Shown in pieces: positions 8,669-15,603 of a DNA stretch of 16,727 nucleotides. The DNA comes from Candidatus Eiseniibacteriota bacterium (GTDB lineage: Bacteria; Eisenbacteria; RBG-16-71-46). Numbering within the stretch: the stretch's first letter is position 1; every line of letters begins with the position of its first letter. The notes under the pieces were generated by a model, which worked only from the letters and a program-made list of their open reading frames with translations, was not told the DNA's origin and ran no database searches. A program made the translations under genes and the position numbers. The DNA lies in NCBI GenBank assembly GCA_031366795.1, contig JANLOX010000187.1:1-16727 (forward strand), given 5' to 3'.

Positions 8669-10405
8669 GTGGCACGACGGACGTGGTCGCGACAGTGGAT
8701 CGGCACGTGGCGCCTGGGGCTGGCGGCATTGCTGCTGGTCGTGGCGCCGGCCGGCTTCGCGCGAACGCGGAGCGGGTCTTTGCACTCAGGCCCGGCGCGG
8801 CTGCCCCTGCCCTCGGATGTGAGTGGCCGCGTGTTCGAGGACCGCAACGCCAACGGCGTCCAGGATTCCGGTGAGCCCGGGATGACGGGGGTCCGCATGG
8901 AACTGATCGCGGAGTCCACGGGGGTTGCGGTCGACTCCGCGCGCACCGATGCAGGCGGTGACTTCTCGCTCGCCGTCCCGCGTGAGCCCGGACGACGCGT
9001 CCCTATGCTGCTCCAGTGCATTCCGGCCGCGGGCTGCTATCCGGTCGGTGCGAGCGTTCGCGCGGCGAGCCCGGGGCGCAACGTCGACTTCGGCCTCGCG
9101 ACGTTCAGGCGCATGTCGCTCAGCGCGCGCAACGTGCTTTGCCTGGGGCGCGGCGACCTCATGGAGAAGGATTGGGCCGGCGCGCAGGCCGCGCACCGCG
9201 ACCTTGACTTGATCGCCGGCGCCGACGCCAGCGGCACCGACCAGTTGTCGGTGTGGTTCAACCACTTCGATGCGAACCCCTTGTTTGATGACCTGCGCAC
9301 GTACCCGCGCACGGCTCCCAATGCGGTGCTATCGATGGCCGTCGATTCGCTCGCCACGACCCGCGCCTCGCGCACGACGCGCGCCGCGGGCCCTGCGCGC
9401 GCCGACGTTGTAACCGGAACGCGCCACTCGAGCGCGGGCAACCTGTTCACCTGGCTGACACAGTCGCGCGCGGGCTCGCAAGGTTTCCTGCCCTCCAGCT
9501 ACACCCAGGCCTGCCGCACGCATGACGACGGCGACGTACAGGCCGTGGTCACCGGCGAGGTCACGGGCGATGGCGCCACGGACATCCTCGCCGGCACGCG
9601 TTCACCCGGCGGCACGCGCGGCACGGTCGAACTGTGGGCCAACGATGGCGCCGCGAGCCCGGCGTTCGCGATGGCGCAGCGCTATCCTGCGGAGGGCGCT
9701 CGCGGCGACGCGCTCGGTGAGGTATGCGCGCTCGCTCTGGCCACGCTCGGTGACGAGTCCGGCCGCGCGCCGCAGCAACCCGACGGCGCGGCCGGTCTCG
9801 TGGCTGGGACAACGGGAGTGGCGGGGCGCAGGCTCGTCGTTGGCACACGAACGGGGGTTGCGAGCGGGCAACTCGTGGTGCTCGCATGCAACCGCGGCTC
9901 ATTCGAGGAACTGTGGCAGGAACGCTTCGATCACGCTGCGATCACGGCCGTCTGCGTGACGGACATCACGGGTGACGGCCGCGCCGATATCGTGGTGGCC
10001 ACGCGCACCGGTCCTGACCGCGGTCAACTGGAGTTGTGGCGCAACGACTCCGCCGCGGGTCGCATCTCTTTCACGCGCACGCGCGCGGTGCCCGTCAGCG
10101 GTATACCGTGCACGCTCGCCGCCGCCGATTTCGGCGGCCTCGCGGGAATGGATATCGCCGTCGGCTTCCGTGGCAGAGACAGTTCAGTCGATGGGCGTGT
10201 CGAGATTTACTACTGCGATGCGCACACCCTGCCGCTGCACGGCAGCGATCCCGCGGCGGGACGCATCACGAACTGGGTGTCCGCGATGGTCAGCGGTGAT
10301 TTCCACACCAGCCTCACCGCACCGGCTAGCGCGCCGCGCACCGACCTCGCGGTGGGAGTTCACGGCGCGCCGGGCTCGGGGGCGGTCGTGCTGCTGATTC
10401 GATAG
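8669..10405 (+). CDS. Secreted protein with SdrD B-like (Cna-B type) domain and FG-GAP/VCBS-like beta-propeller repeats
   Basis: Signal peptide from GTG 8669 (MARRTWSRQW...LLLVVAPAGFA); VSGRVFEDRNANGVQDSGEPGMTGV is an SdrD_B motif; repeated GEVTGDGATDILAG, TDITGDGRADIVVA and ADFGGLAGMDIAVG. Start uncertain (8588 in the ORF track). Confidence 0.75.
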   Translation: MARRTWSRQWIGTWRLGLAALLLVVAPAGFARTRSGSLHSGPARLPLPSDVSGRVFEDRNANGVQDSGEPGMTGVRMELIAESTGVAVDSARTDAGGDFSLAVPREPGRRVPMLLQCIPAAGCYPVGASVRAASPGRNVDFGLATFRRMSLSARNVLCLGRGDLMEKDWAGAQAAHRDLDLIAGADASGTDQLSVWFNHFDANPLFDDLRTYPRTAPNAVLSMAVDSLATTRASRTTRAAGPARADVVTGTRHSSAGNLFTWLTQSRAGSQGFLPSSYTQACRTHDDGDVQAVVTGEVTGDGATDILAGTRSPGGTRGTVELWANDGAASPAFAMAQRYPAEGARGDALGEVCALALATLGDESGRAPQQPDGAAGLVAGTTGVAGRRLVVGTRTGVASGQLVVLACNRGSFEELWQERFDHAAITAVCVTDITGDGRADIVVATRTGPDRGQLELWRNDSAAGRISFTRTRAVPVSGIPCTLAAADFGGLAGMDIAVGFRGRDSSVDGRVEIYYCDAHTLPLHGSDPAAGRITNWVSAMVSGDFHTSLTAPASAPRTDLAVGVHGAPGSGAVVLLIR

Positions 10406-10529
10406 CGCGCGATTTCGGCGCGTGCGCGGCGCGGCTCGCGAGATCGCTGCGCCGGCTATCGCTGTGGCGCGATAGTCATAGAGTTGCTCGTGCCGATCGC
10501 ATGACTCGCGCATGTCAATCCATTGTCCA

Positions 10530-10550
10530 GCAAACTCTCCCCGGGGAGAG
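10530..10550. repeat. Left copy of a 21-bp inverted repeat with a 16-bp palindromic core
   Basis: GCAAACTCTCCCCGGGGAGAG, the exact reverse complement of 12345-12365. Confidence 0.9.
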
Positions 10551-10646
10551 CTGGAGGCGTGACAATGCACGATGTTTCGCGCGCAACGACAGGCTCGACA
10601 GTCCGCGCGGACCGTTGAGATGGCGGATCGACGCACAATATATTTC

Positions 10647-10662
10647 ATATTGCGCGCAATAT
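10647..10662. promoter_or_regulatory. Perfect 16-bp palindrome in an AT-rich patch, possible operator
   Basis: ATATTGCGCGCAATAT is self-complementary and lies in the locally AT-rich stretch 10637-10664 upstream of the HNH gene. Confidence 0.45.
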
Positions 10663-10899
10663 TCCACTTGACGCGCTCCGCACGCTCCACCGCGTCCAGC
10701 TCGCCGATGCCTTCATAGTCGCGCTCTTGCGCGCGCACCGCGTCGCGTGACTTGTCTTTAGCGTCTGACCCTAGACGTTTTCGCGCCGCCAGGCTTTGCG
10801 GGCCGTGCGCCCATCTCCGTGCCTCGAAAACCCTCGCGCTACAATGTCCCTCGAAGTCATTGCCCCCGCGATCGACTTTTTTGTATGCGCGGAGCAGTC

Positions 10900-12708
10900 A
10901 TGAAGCGCTACTCGCTGGATCACCTCGCCAAGTCCGTCTTGCACCGTAATGCACTTCTCTTCCATCGCAATGAGAGCTGCGCGATGGCCATGGCACTGGC
11001 CCACGTCGTCGAGATCGACGCGCGGCAGTCGTACCGCGACGAGGGCTACCCGTCGATGCTCGCGTTCTGTGAGCACGTGTTCGAGTTAACGGAGCAGGCG
11101 GCGCTCAAGCGGATTCGCGTTGCGCGTGTGGCGGCCACCCACGTGCCCAAGTCGAAACTTGAGCAGCTGATTTCAAAACGCTTTCCCAAGCAGGATGTGC
11201 CCTCAATGCTCGAAGCTGTCCCCGCACTGCCGCCCATGCTGGGTGACCAGGCGTCCCCGGGGACACCCGGAAGTGGGACCGCCGACCAGGTGTCCCCGGG
11301 GACACCTGCACGCGGGGACGACGATCAACTGTCCTCGCGGATAGTCGAGGCGGCGATCCCCCGGCCAAAGGTCTCCCCGCTATCGGAAGATCGCTTCGCG
11401 CTTCAACTTACCGTCAGCCGCTGTACTCACGACAAGCTTCGTTATGCGCAGGAATTGCTGAGCCATCAGCTTCCCTCAGGTGACCTCGCGGAAGTTCTCG
11501 ACCGTGCGCTCGACGCGCTGATTGTGACGCTGGAGAAGCGCAAGTTTGCCGCGACCTCTCGGCACGGCCGGGACAATCGGCGCACCACGCAGAGCTCACG
11601 TCACATTCCGGCGCACGTGAAGCGCGAAGTGTGGACACGCGATGGCGGGCAGTGCACGTTCGTGGGCGAGTCAGGCCACCGATGTGAGTCGCGCAACTTC
11701 TTGGAGTTCGATCACATCGAGGAAGTCGCGCGGGGCGGCCGCGCGAGCGTTACCGGGATGCGCTTACGCTGCCTGGCGCATAATCAGTTCGAGGCAGAGC
11801 GCACGTTTGGCGCTGAGTTCATGCAGGCCAAGCGCGAGGAGGCGCAGCGCGTTGCGCGGGAGAAGGAAGAGGCGAACACGCGAGAGAAACAGGCTGCCGA
11901 CGCCGCAGCGGTGCGGGCTGCCACGGAGAGACTCGAGGCCGAAGCGCGGATCGCCGCCGAGCGACGGGCTACCGAGGCGCGGATCGCCGCGCAACAAAGC
12001 GCCACCGAGGCTCAAGTGGCAGCCGCGCGCGCCGAAGCCCTCGACGTGGTTCCATGGCTGCGGGCGCTCGGGTTCCGGCTCGACGATGCCCGACGGGCGG
12101 CGGCGGCTTGCGCCGCCCTCCCCGACGCTTCGCTTGAGGATCGCTTCCGCAAGGCGCTCGCGTTCCTGGCTCCGCGTGCCACGAAGCAGGACTTCCGCCG
12201 CGCCGACATCGCGAAAGAGCCCCGGTGTGATGCGGGCTGCTCGACTTCGGCGAACGCGCTAGCTCTTGAGATCGATAGCGGCCCGCACTTACCGCGGCGA
12301 GTTGCGGTTCGCGTCACGTGGACAGTTGAGTTCATCAAACGCGACTCTCCCCGGGGAGAGTTTGCATTACAAAGCCTTCACACTGTGATCGCCGCGTCCC
12401 TTCGCATCGCGAATTTGACCGCGCCCTCCGGGCGTGGGACCTTCGCGTACGTTGACGCATGCAAGGCTGTGACGGGGACGAGTACTCGCGAGGCCAGTCA
12501 GGAGCGAGCCGGGGACAGTGGGAGCCCGGTGACGGCGGCGCGCGACGAACATCACCCCCGAGCCGCCGACCGAAACGGCACTTGCCGGACTAGGCTCGGA
12601 CGGATGGCTCCCCGAGAACGAGCCGGAGCGCGATGCGCTCGCCAAGGCGGCGGCCGAGAGGCCGCCGCAAAGTTGGGTGGTACCGCGACTCGTTCGCCCC
12701 AACGGTGA
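10900..12708 (+). CDS. HNH endonuclease domain protein with helical N-terminus, coiled linker and RuvA-domain-III-like region; recognisable part ends near 12175 and the rest is probably read-through
   Basis: ATG 10900 with GGAG RBS (10891-10894) and a TACAAT -10-like box (10840-10845). HNH/McrA-type segment RHIPAHVKREVWTRDGGQC...C...LEFDH...GG...LRCLAHN (11599-11811). DVVPWLRALGFRLDDARRAA...SLEDRFRKALAFL (12043-12168). No in-frame stop until 12706-12708. Confidence 0.85.
   Translation: MKRYSLDHLAKSVLHRNALLFHRNESCAMAMALAHVVEIDARQSYRDEGYPSMLAFCEHVFELTEQAALKRIRVARVAATHVPKSKLEQLISKRFPKQDVPSMLEAVPALPPMLGDQASPGTPGSGTADQVSPGTPARGDDDQLSSRIVEAAIPRPKVSPLSEDRFALQLTVSRCTHDKLRYAQELLSHQLPSGDLAEVLDRALDALIVTLEKRKFAATSRHGRDNRRTTQSSRHIPAHVKREVWTRDGGQCTFVGESGHRCESRNFLEFDHIEEVARGGRASVTGMRLRCLAHNQFEAERTFGAEFMQAKREEAQRVAREKEEANTREKQAADAAAVRAATERLEAEARIAAERRATEARIAAQQSATEAQVAAARAEALDVVPWLRALGFRLDDARRAAAACAALPDASLEDRFRKALAFLAPRATKQDFRRADIAKEPRCDAGCSTSANALALEIDSGPHLPRRVAVRVTWTVEFIKRDSPRGEFALQSLHTVIAASLRIANLTAPSGRGTFAYVDACKAVTGTSTREASQERAGDSGSPVTAARDEHHPRAADRNGTCRTRLGRMAPRERAGARCARQGGGREAAAKLGGTATRSPQR
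11245..11361 (+). repeat. Three in-frame 39-nt units, each with a palindrome of about 22 nt
   Basis: Units start at 11245, 11284 and 11323 (DQASPGTP, DQVSPGTP, DQLSSRIV). Unit 2 contains the perfect 22-bp palindrome CAGGTGTCCCCGGGGACACCTG (11287-11308). Confidence 0.85.
11941..12036 (+). repeat. 33-nt (11-aa) tandem repeat in the helical linker of the HNH protein
   Basis: EARIAAERRAT / EARIAAQQSAT / EAQVAAARAE starting at 11941, 11974 and 12007. Confidence 0.75.
12345..12365. repeat. Right copy of the 21-bp inverted repeat
   Basis: CTCTCCCCGGGGAGAGTTTGC. With A12344 it forms a perfect 18-bp palindrome (12344-12361). Confidence 0.9.
12415..12443 (+). promoter_or_regulatory. Candidate sigma70 promoter of the T-box/ileS transcript
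   Basis: TTGACC (12415-12420), 17-nt spacer ending TG-G, then GACCTT (12438-12443). Would place the TSS about 15 nt before T-box stem I. Confidence 0.5.
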
Positions 12709-12734
12709 TACTGCCGTGGGGCGTTTTCTGTTTT
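12463..12734 (+). ncRNA. T-box riboswitch (Ile, specifier AUC), transcriptional attenuation type
   Basis: Stem I with GA motif (GGCTGTGACGGGG...CCCCGAGCC), AGTA box, AG bulge and GTGGGAG distal loop. Specifier loop GAAC-ATC-A (AUC at 12551-12553). Stem III GCGGCGGCC-GAGA-GGCCGCCGC (12647-12668). T-box GGGTGGTACCGCG (12675-12687). Antiterminator GTTGGG/CCCAAC plus GCGA/TCGC. Lies directly upstream of ileS. Confidence 0.96.
12695..12734 (+). terminator. T-box attenuator terminator
   Basis: CGCCCC-A-ACGG / CCGT-GGGGCG stem followed by TTTTCTGTTTT. The 5' arm is shared with the antiterminator, so the two structures are mutually exclusive. Confidence 0.9.
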
Positions 12735-12813
12735 GCGCCACGGGCGTTGCATCTCGCGCCGCAACGGGCCGGGGCGATGGAATTGCGCAAGTGACTTTTC
12801 GCGGAGGATGAGC

Positions 12814-15603
12814 ATGGCTGGTTTTCGTGACACGCTGAATTTGCCGCACACCGACTTTCCCATGAAGGCCGAGCTGTCGCGCCGCGAGCCCGAGCGCCTG
12901 GAATGGTGGAACGCGCAGGGCTCCTATTCCACGTTGCGCAAGCAGCGCGCGGGCAGGCCCCTGTGGCTGCTGCACGATGGGCCGCCCTACTCCAACGGCC
13001 ACATCCACATGGGCACGGCCGCGAACTATGTGTGGAAGGACGCCTCGGTCCGCGCCGCCTCGCTGCTCGGCTTCGATGCGCCGTTCCTGCCGGGTTGGGA
13101 CAACCACGGCATGCCGATCGAAGTGCAGGTCAGTAAGGAATTCCGCGCCAAGGGCGAGCAGCCGGACAAGCTGACCTTGCGCAAGCGTTGCCGCGAATAC
13201 GCAGCCGAATGGGTGGGCAAGCAGGGCGAGGACTTCCGCCGACTCGGCGTGTGGGGCGAGTGGGAACAGCCCTACCTCACGATGGATCACGGCTTCGAGG
13301 CGGCGATCGTCGAGAGTTTCGCCGAGCTCGCAGCCAAGGGCTTCGTGCAACGCGGCCTGCGCTCGATTCACTGGTGCCCCACCGACCGTACGGCGCTCGC
13401 CGAGGCGGAGATCGAGTATTCGGACGTCGCCTCCCCTTCCGTGTACGTGCTGTTCCCGCTGCGCAGTGATCCCAATGGTGTGCTCGCGCAGCACCCGAAT
13501 GTCGCGGCGATCGCCTGGACGACGACACCGTGGACGCTGCCGGCGAATCGCGGGCTGATGGTGGACCCCGCGGCGACGTATTGCGTCGTGGCCGCCGGCG
13601 GCGCCGAGTACTTGTTTACGGAAGCGCGGCTCGAAGCGGTGGCCACGCTCGCGGGCTGGACGGATCACGTCGTGAAGACGCGGCTGCAGGGCTCGCAACT
13701 CACGGGCACGTTGTTCACCGCACCGTTCGGCAACGAGTCGCGCATGGTCGACGGCACCCCGTTCGTGAGCCTCGAGGATGGCACGGGCATCGTCCATACC
13801 GCTCCCGGCCACGGCAAGGAAGACTTCGTGGTGGGCCAGCGCAGCGGGCTCGAGATCGCCTGCCCCGTCGATGAGGGCGGACGCTTCACCGCCGAGGTCG
13901 AGGGCTTCGCGGGGCGCGACGTGCTCGACGTGAACGACGACATCATCGCGTGGCTCAAGGGGAACGGGCGCGTGCTTGCCGCCTCGAGCTTCTCGCACTC
14001 CTATCCGCACTGCTGGCGCTGCCGCCGGCCGGTGATCTTCCGCGCCACGAAACAGTGGTTCATGATCGTGGACCACAACGGCCATCGCGACCGCTGCCTC
14101 GAGCTGATCGACAAGACCGTGCAGTGGGATCCGCCGGCTTCGCAGAACCGCATCCGTGAATCCGTGCGCGGTCGTCCCGACTGGTGCTTGTCGCGCCAGC
14201 GCGCCTGGGGCGTCGGCATCCCGGCGTTGTACTGCGAGGCGTGCGACGAGGCGTTCCTCGATGCGGCAGTGATGAAGCGCGCCGTCGAGCTGACGCGCGA
14301 GCACGGCTCCGACGCGTGGTACGACCTGCCGGTTGAACGCTTCACCCCCACCGGCACCGTGTGCCCGCACTGCGCCTCGAAGGGTCCGTTCCACAAGGAG
14401 TCGGATATCCTCGATGTGTGGTTCGACTCGGGCTCGACGCATCGCGCCGTGCAGGCGACGCATCCCGACTTCCGCGCGCAGTGGAAGCGCGCCAAACAGG
14501 ACGGCGCGCCGATCGTTTATTTCGAGGGACCCGACCAGCATCGCGGCTGGTTCAACTCATCGCTGATGGTGAGTGCCGGCATCACCGGCGATGCTCCCTA
14601 CACGCACGTGTTCACGCATGGCTGGGTGCTCGACGGCAAGGGCCGCGCGATGCACAAGTCGCTCGGCAATGTCGTGGCGCCATCCGACATCATCGCCAAG
14701 TACGGCGCCGACATCGTCCGCTGGTGGGCGCTCGCCACCGACTGGCGCAACGACGTGCGCTGTGGCGACGAGATCCTGCAGCGTGTCGCCGACGCCTATC
14801 GCAAGGTGCGGAACACCTTCCGCTTCCTGCTCGGCAATCTCTACGACTTCGATCCGGGGAAGCACACTGTGCCCGCGGCGCAGCTGTCGAGCGTCGACCG
14901 CGCCTTCGCGGGCTTCCTCAACTCGCGCCTGCAATTGATCCGCGAGGCGTGGACCGAGCGCGAGTACCATCGCGCACTCGACGTGCTACTCGACCTGTGC
15001 ACCGTGCACTTGTCGGCGGTGTACCTCGATGTGTCGAAGGACCGCCTCTACTCGGATGCGACCGATGCCATCTCGCGCCGCTCGGCGCAGACCGTGCTGT
15101 GGCAGGCGTTGCACGACCTGACCATCGCCTCGTCCCCCGCACTCGTGTTCACCGCGGAAGAAACGTGGCAGCACCATCCCGCGCTGCTGCGTGAAGCTGC
15201 GAGCGTGCATTTCAGCGTGTTGCCCGAGCCGCGGACGGGTGTCGCGGCGGACAGCGAATGGCCCGCGTTGCTCGAGCTGCGCGCCGCGGTCAACGCCGTG
15301 ATCGAGCCGATGCGCGCGGCGAAGCAGGTGGCTACGAACATGGAGGTGGACGTCACGCTCGGCGCCACCGGCGAGGCCGCCGCGTTGATCGAGCGGCACC
15401 GCGCGGAGCTCGAGGGCCTGTTGATGGTGGCGAAGGTCACTGTTGTTACGGCGGCTACCGGTGCAGCCTCTCCCTACACCGTGACCGCCACCCGCACGGC
15501 CTTCACCAAGTGCGAGCGGTGCTGGACCTATCGCAATGACATCAATGCAGATGCGGGCGGCGTATGCGGCCGCTGCGCGGGCGTGCTCAACCCCGGGCTG
15601 TGA
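12814..15603 (+). CDS. ileS: Isoleucine--tRNA ligase (type 1, C-terminal Zn finger)
   Basis: TLNLPHTDFPMKA, LHDGPPYSNGHIHMGT (HIGH motif), PGWDNHGMPIE, editing motifs WTTTPWTLPAN and GTGIVHTAPGHG, DWCLSRQRAWG, EGPDQHRGWF, AMHKSLGN (KMSKS motif), CERCW...CGRC. ATG 12814 has GGAGG 6 nt upstream. Confidence 0.98.
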   Translation: MAGFRDTLNLPHTDFPMKAELSRREPERLEWWNAQGSYSTLRKQRAGRPLWLLHDGPPYSNGHIHMGTAANYVWKDASVRAASLLGFDAPFLPGWDNHGMPIEVQVSKEFRAKGEQPDKLTLRKRCREYAAEWVGKQGEDFRRLGVWGEWEQPYLTMDHGFEAAIVESFAELAAKGFVQRGLRSIHWCPTDRTALAEAEIEYSDVASPSVYVLFPLRSDPNGVLAQHPNVAAIAWTTTPWTLPANRGLMVDPAATYCVVAAGGAEYLFTEARLEAVATLAGWTDHVVKTRLQGSQLTGTLFTAPFGNESRMVDGTPFVSLEDGTGIVHTAPGHGKEDFVVGQRSGLEIACPVDEGGRFTAEVEGFAGRDVLDVNDDIIAWLKGNGRVLAASSFSHSYPHCWRCRRPVIFRATKQWFMIVDHNGHRDRCLELIDKTVQWDPPASQNRIRESVRGRPDWCLSRQRAWGVGIPALYCEACDEAFLDAAVMKRAVELTREHGSDAWYDLPVERFTPTGTVCPHCASKGPFHKESDILDVWFDSGSTHRAVQATHPDFRAQWKRAKQDGAPIVYFEGPDQHRGWFNSSLMVSAGITGDAPYTHVFTHGWVLDGKGRAMHKSLGNVVAPSDIIAKYGADIVRWWALATDWRNDVRCGDEILQRVADAYRKVRNTFRFLLGNLYDFDPGKHTVPAAQLSSVDRAFAGFLNSRLQLIREAWTEREYHRALDVLLDLCTVHLSAVYLDVSKDRLYSDATDAISRRSAQTVLWQALHDLTIASSPALVFTAEETWQHHPALLREAASVHFSVLPEPRTGVAADSEWPALLELRAAVNAVIEPMRAAKQVATNMEVDVTLGATGEAAALIERHRAELEGLLMVAKVTVVTAATGAASPYTVTATRTAFTKCERCWTYRNDINADAGGVCGRCAGVLNPGL

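Noticed and set aside
10184..10738. 184-aa minus-strand ORF in the region upstream of the HNH gene
   Set aside because: Overlaps the SdrD-like gene antisense and has no recognisable domain or protein-like composition.
11245..11361. CRISPR array interpretation of the 39-nt palindromic units
   Set aside because: Only three units, in frame within a CDS. The inter-palindrome segments are about 16 nt and resemble each other, and there are no cas genes in the window.
10900..12200. IscB/Cas9-like or group II intron-encoded protein
   Set aside because: No PLMP, split RuvC or reverse transcriptase motifs are visible; only the HNH segment is present.
10530..12365. Classical insertion sequence
   Set aside because: No DDE/HUH transposase motifs, and the sequences just outside the repeats (TTGTCCA left, ATTACAA right) show no direct target duplication.
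12733..12813. Longer ileS start given by the ORF track
   Set aside because: It begins in the terminator U-tract. ATG 12814 has a correctly spaced GGAGG and matches the normal IleRS N-terminus.
12367..14541. 724-aa minus-strand ORF
   Set aside because: Antisense shadow of ileS and the T-box, typical of high-GC codon bias.
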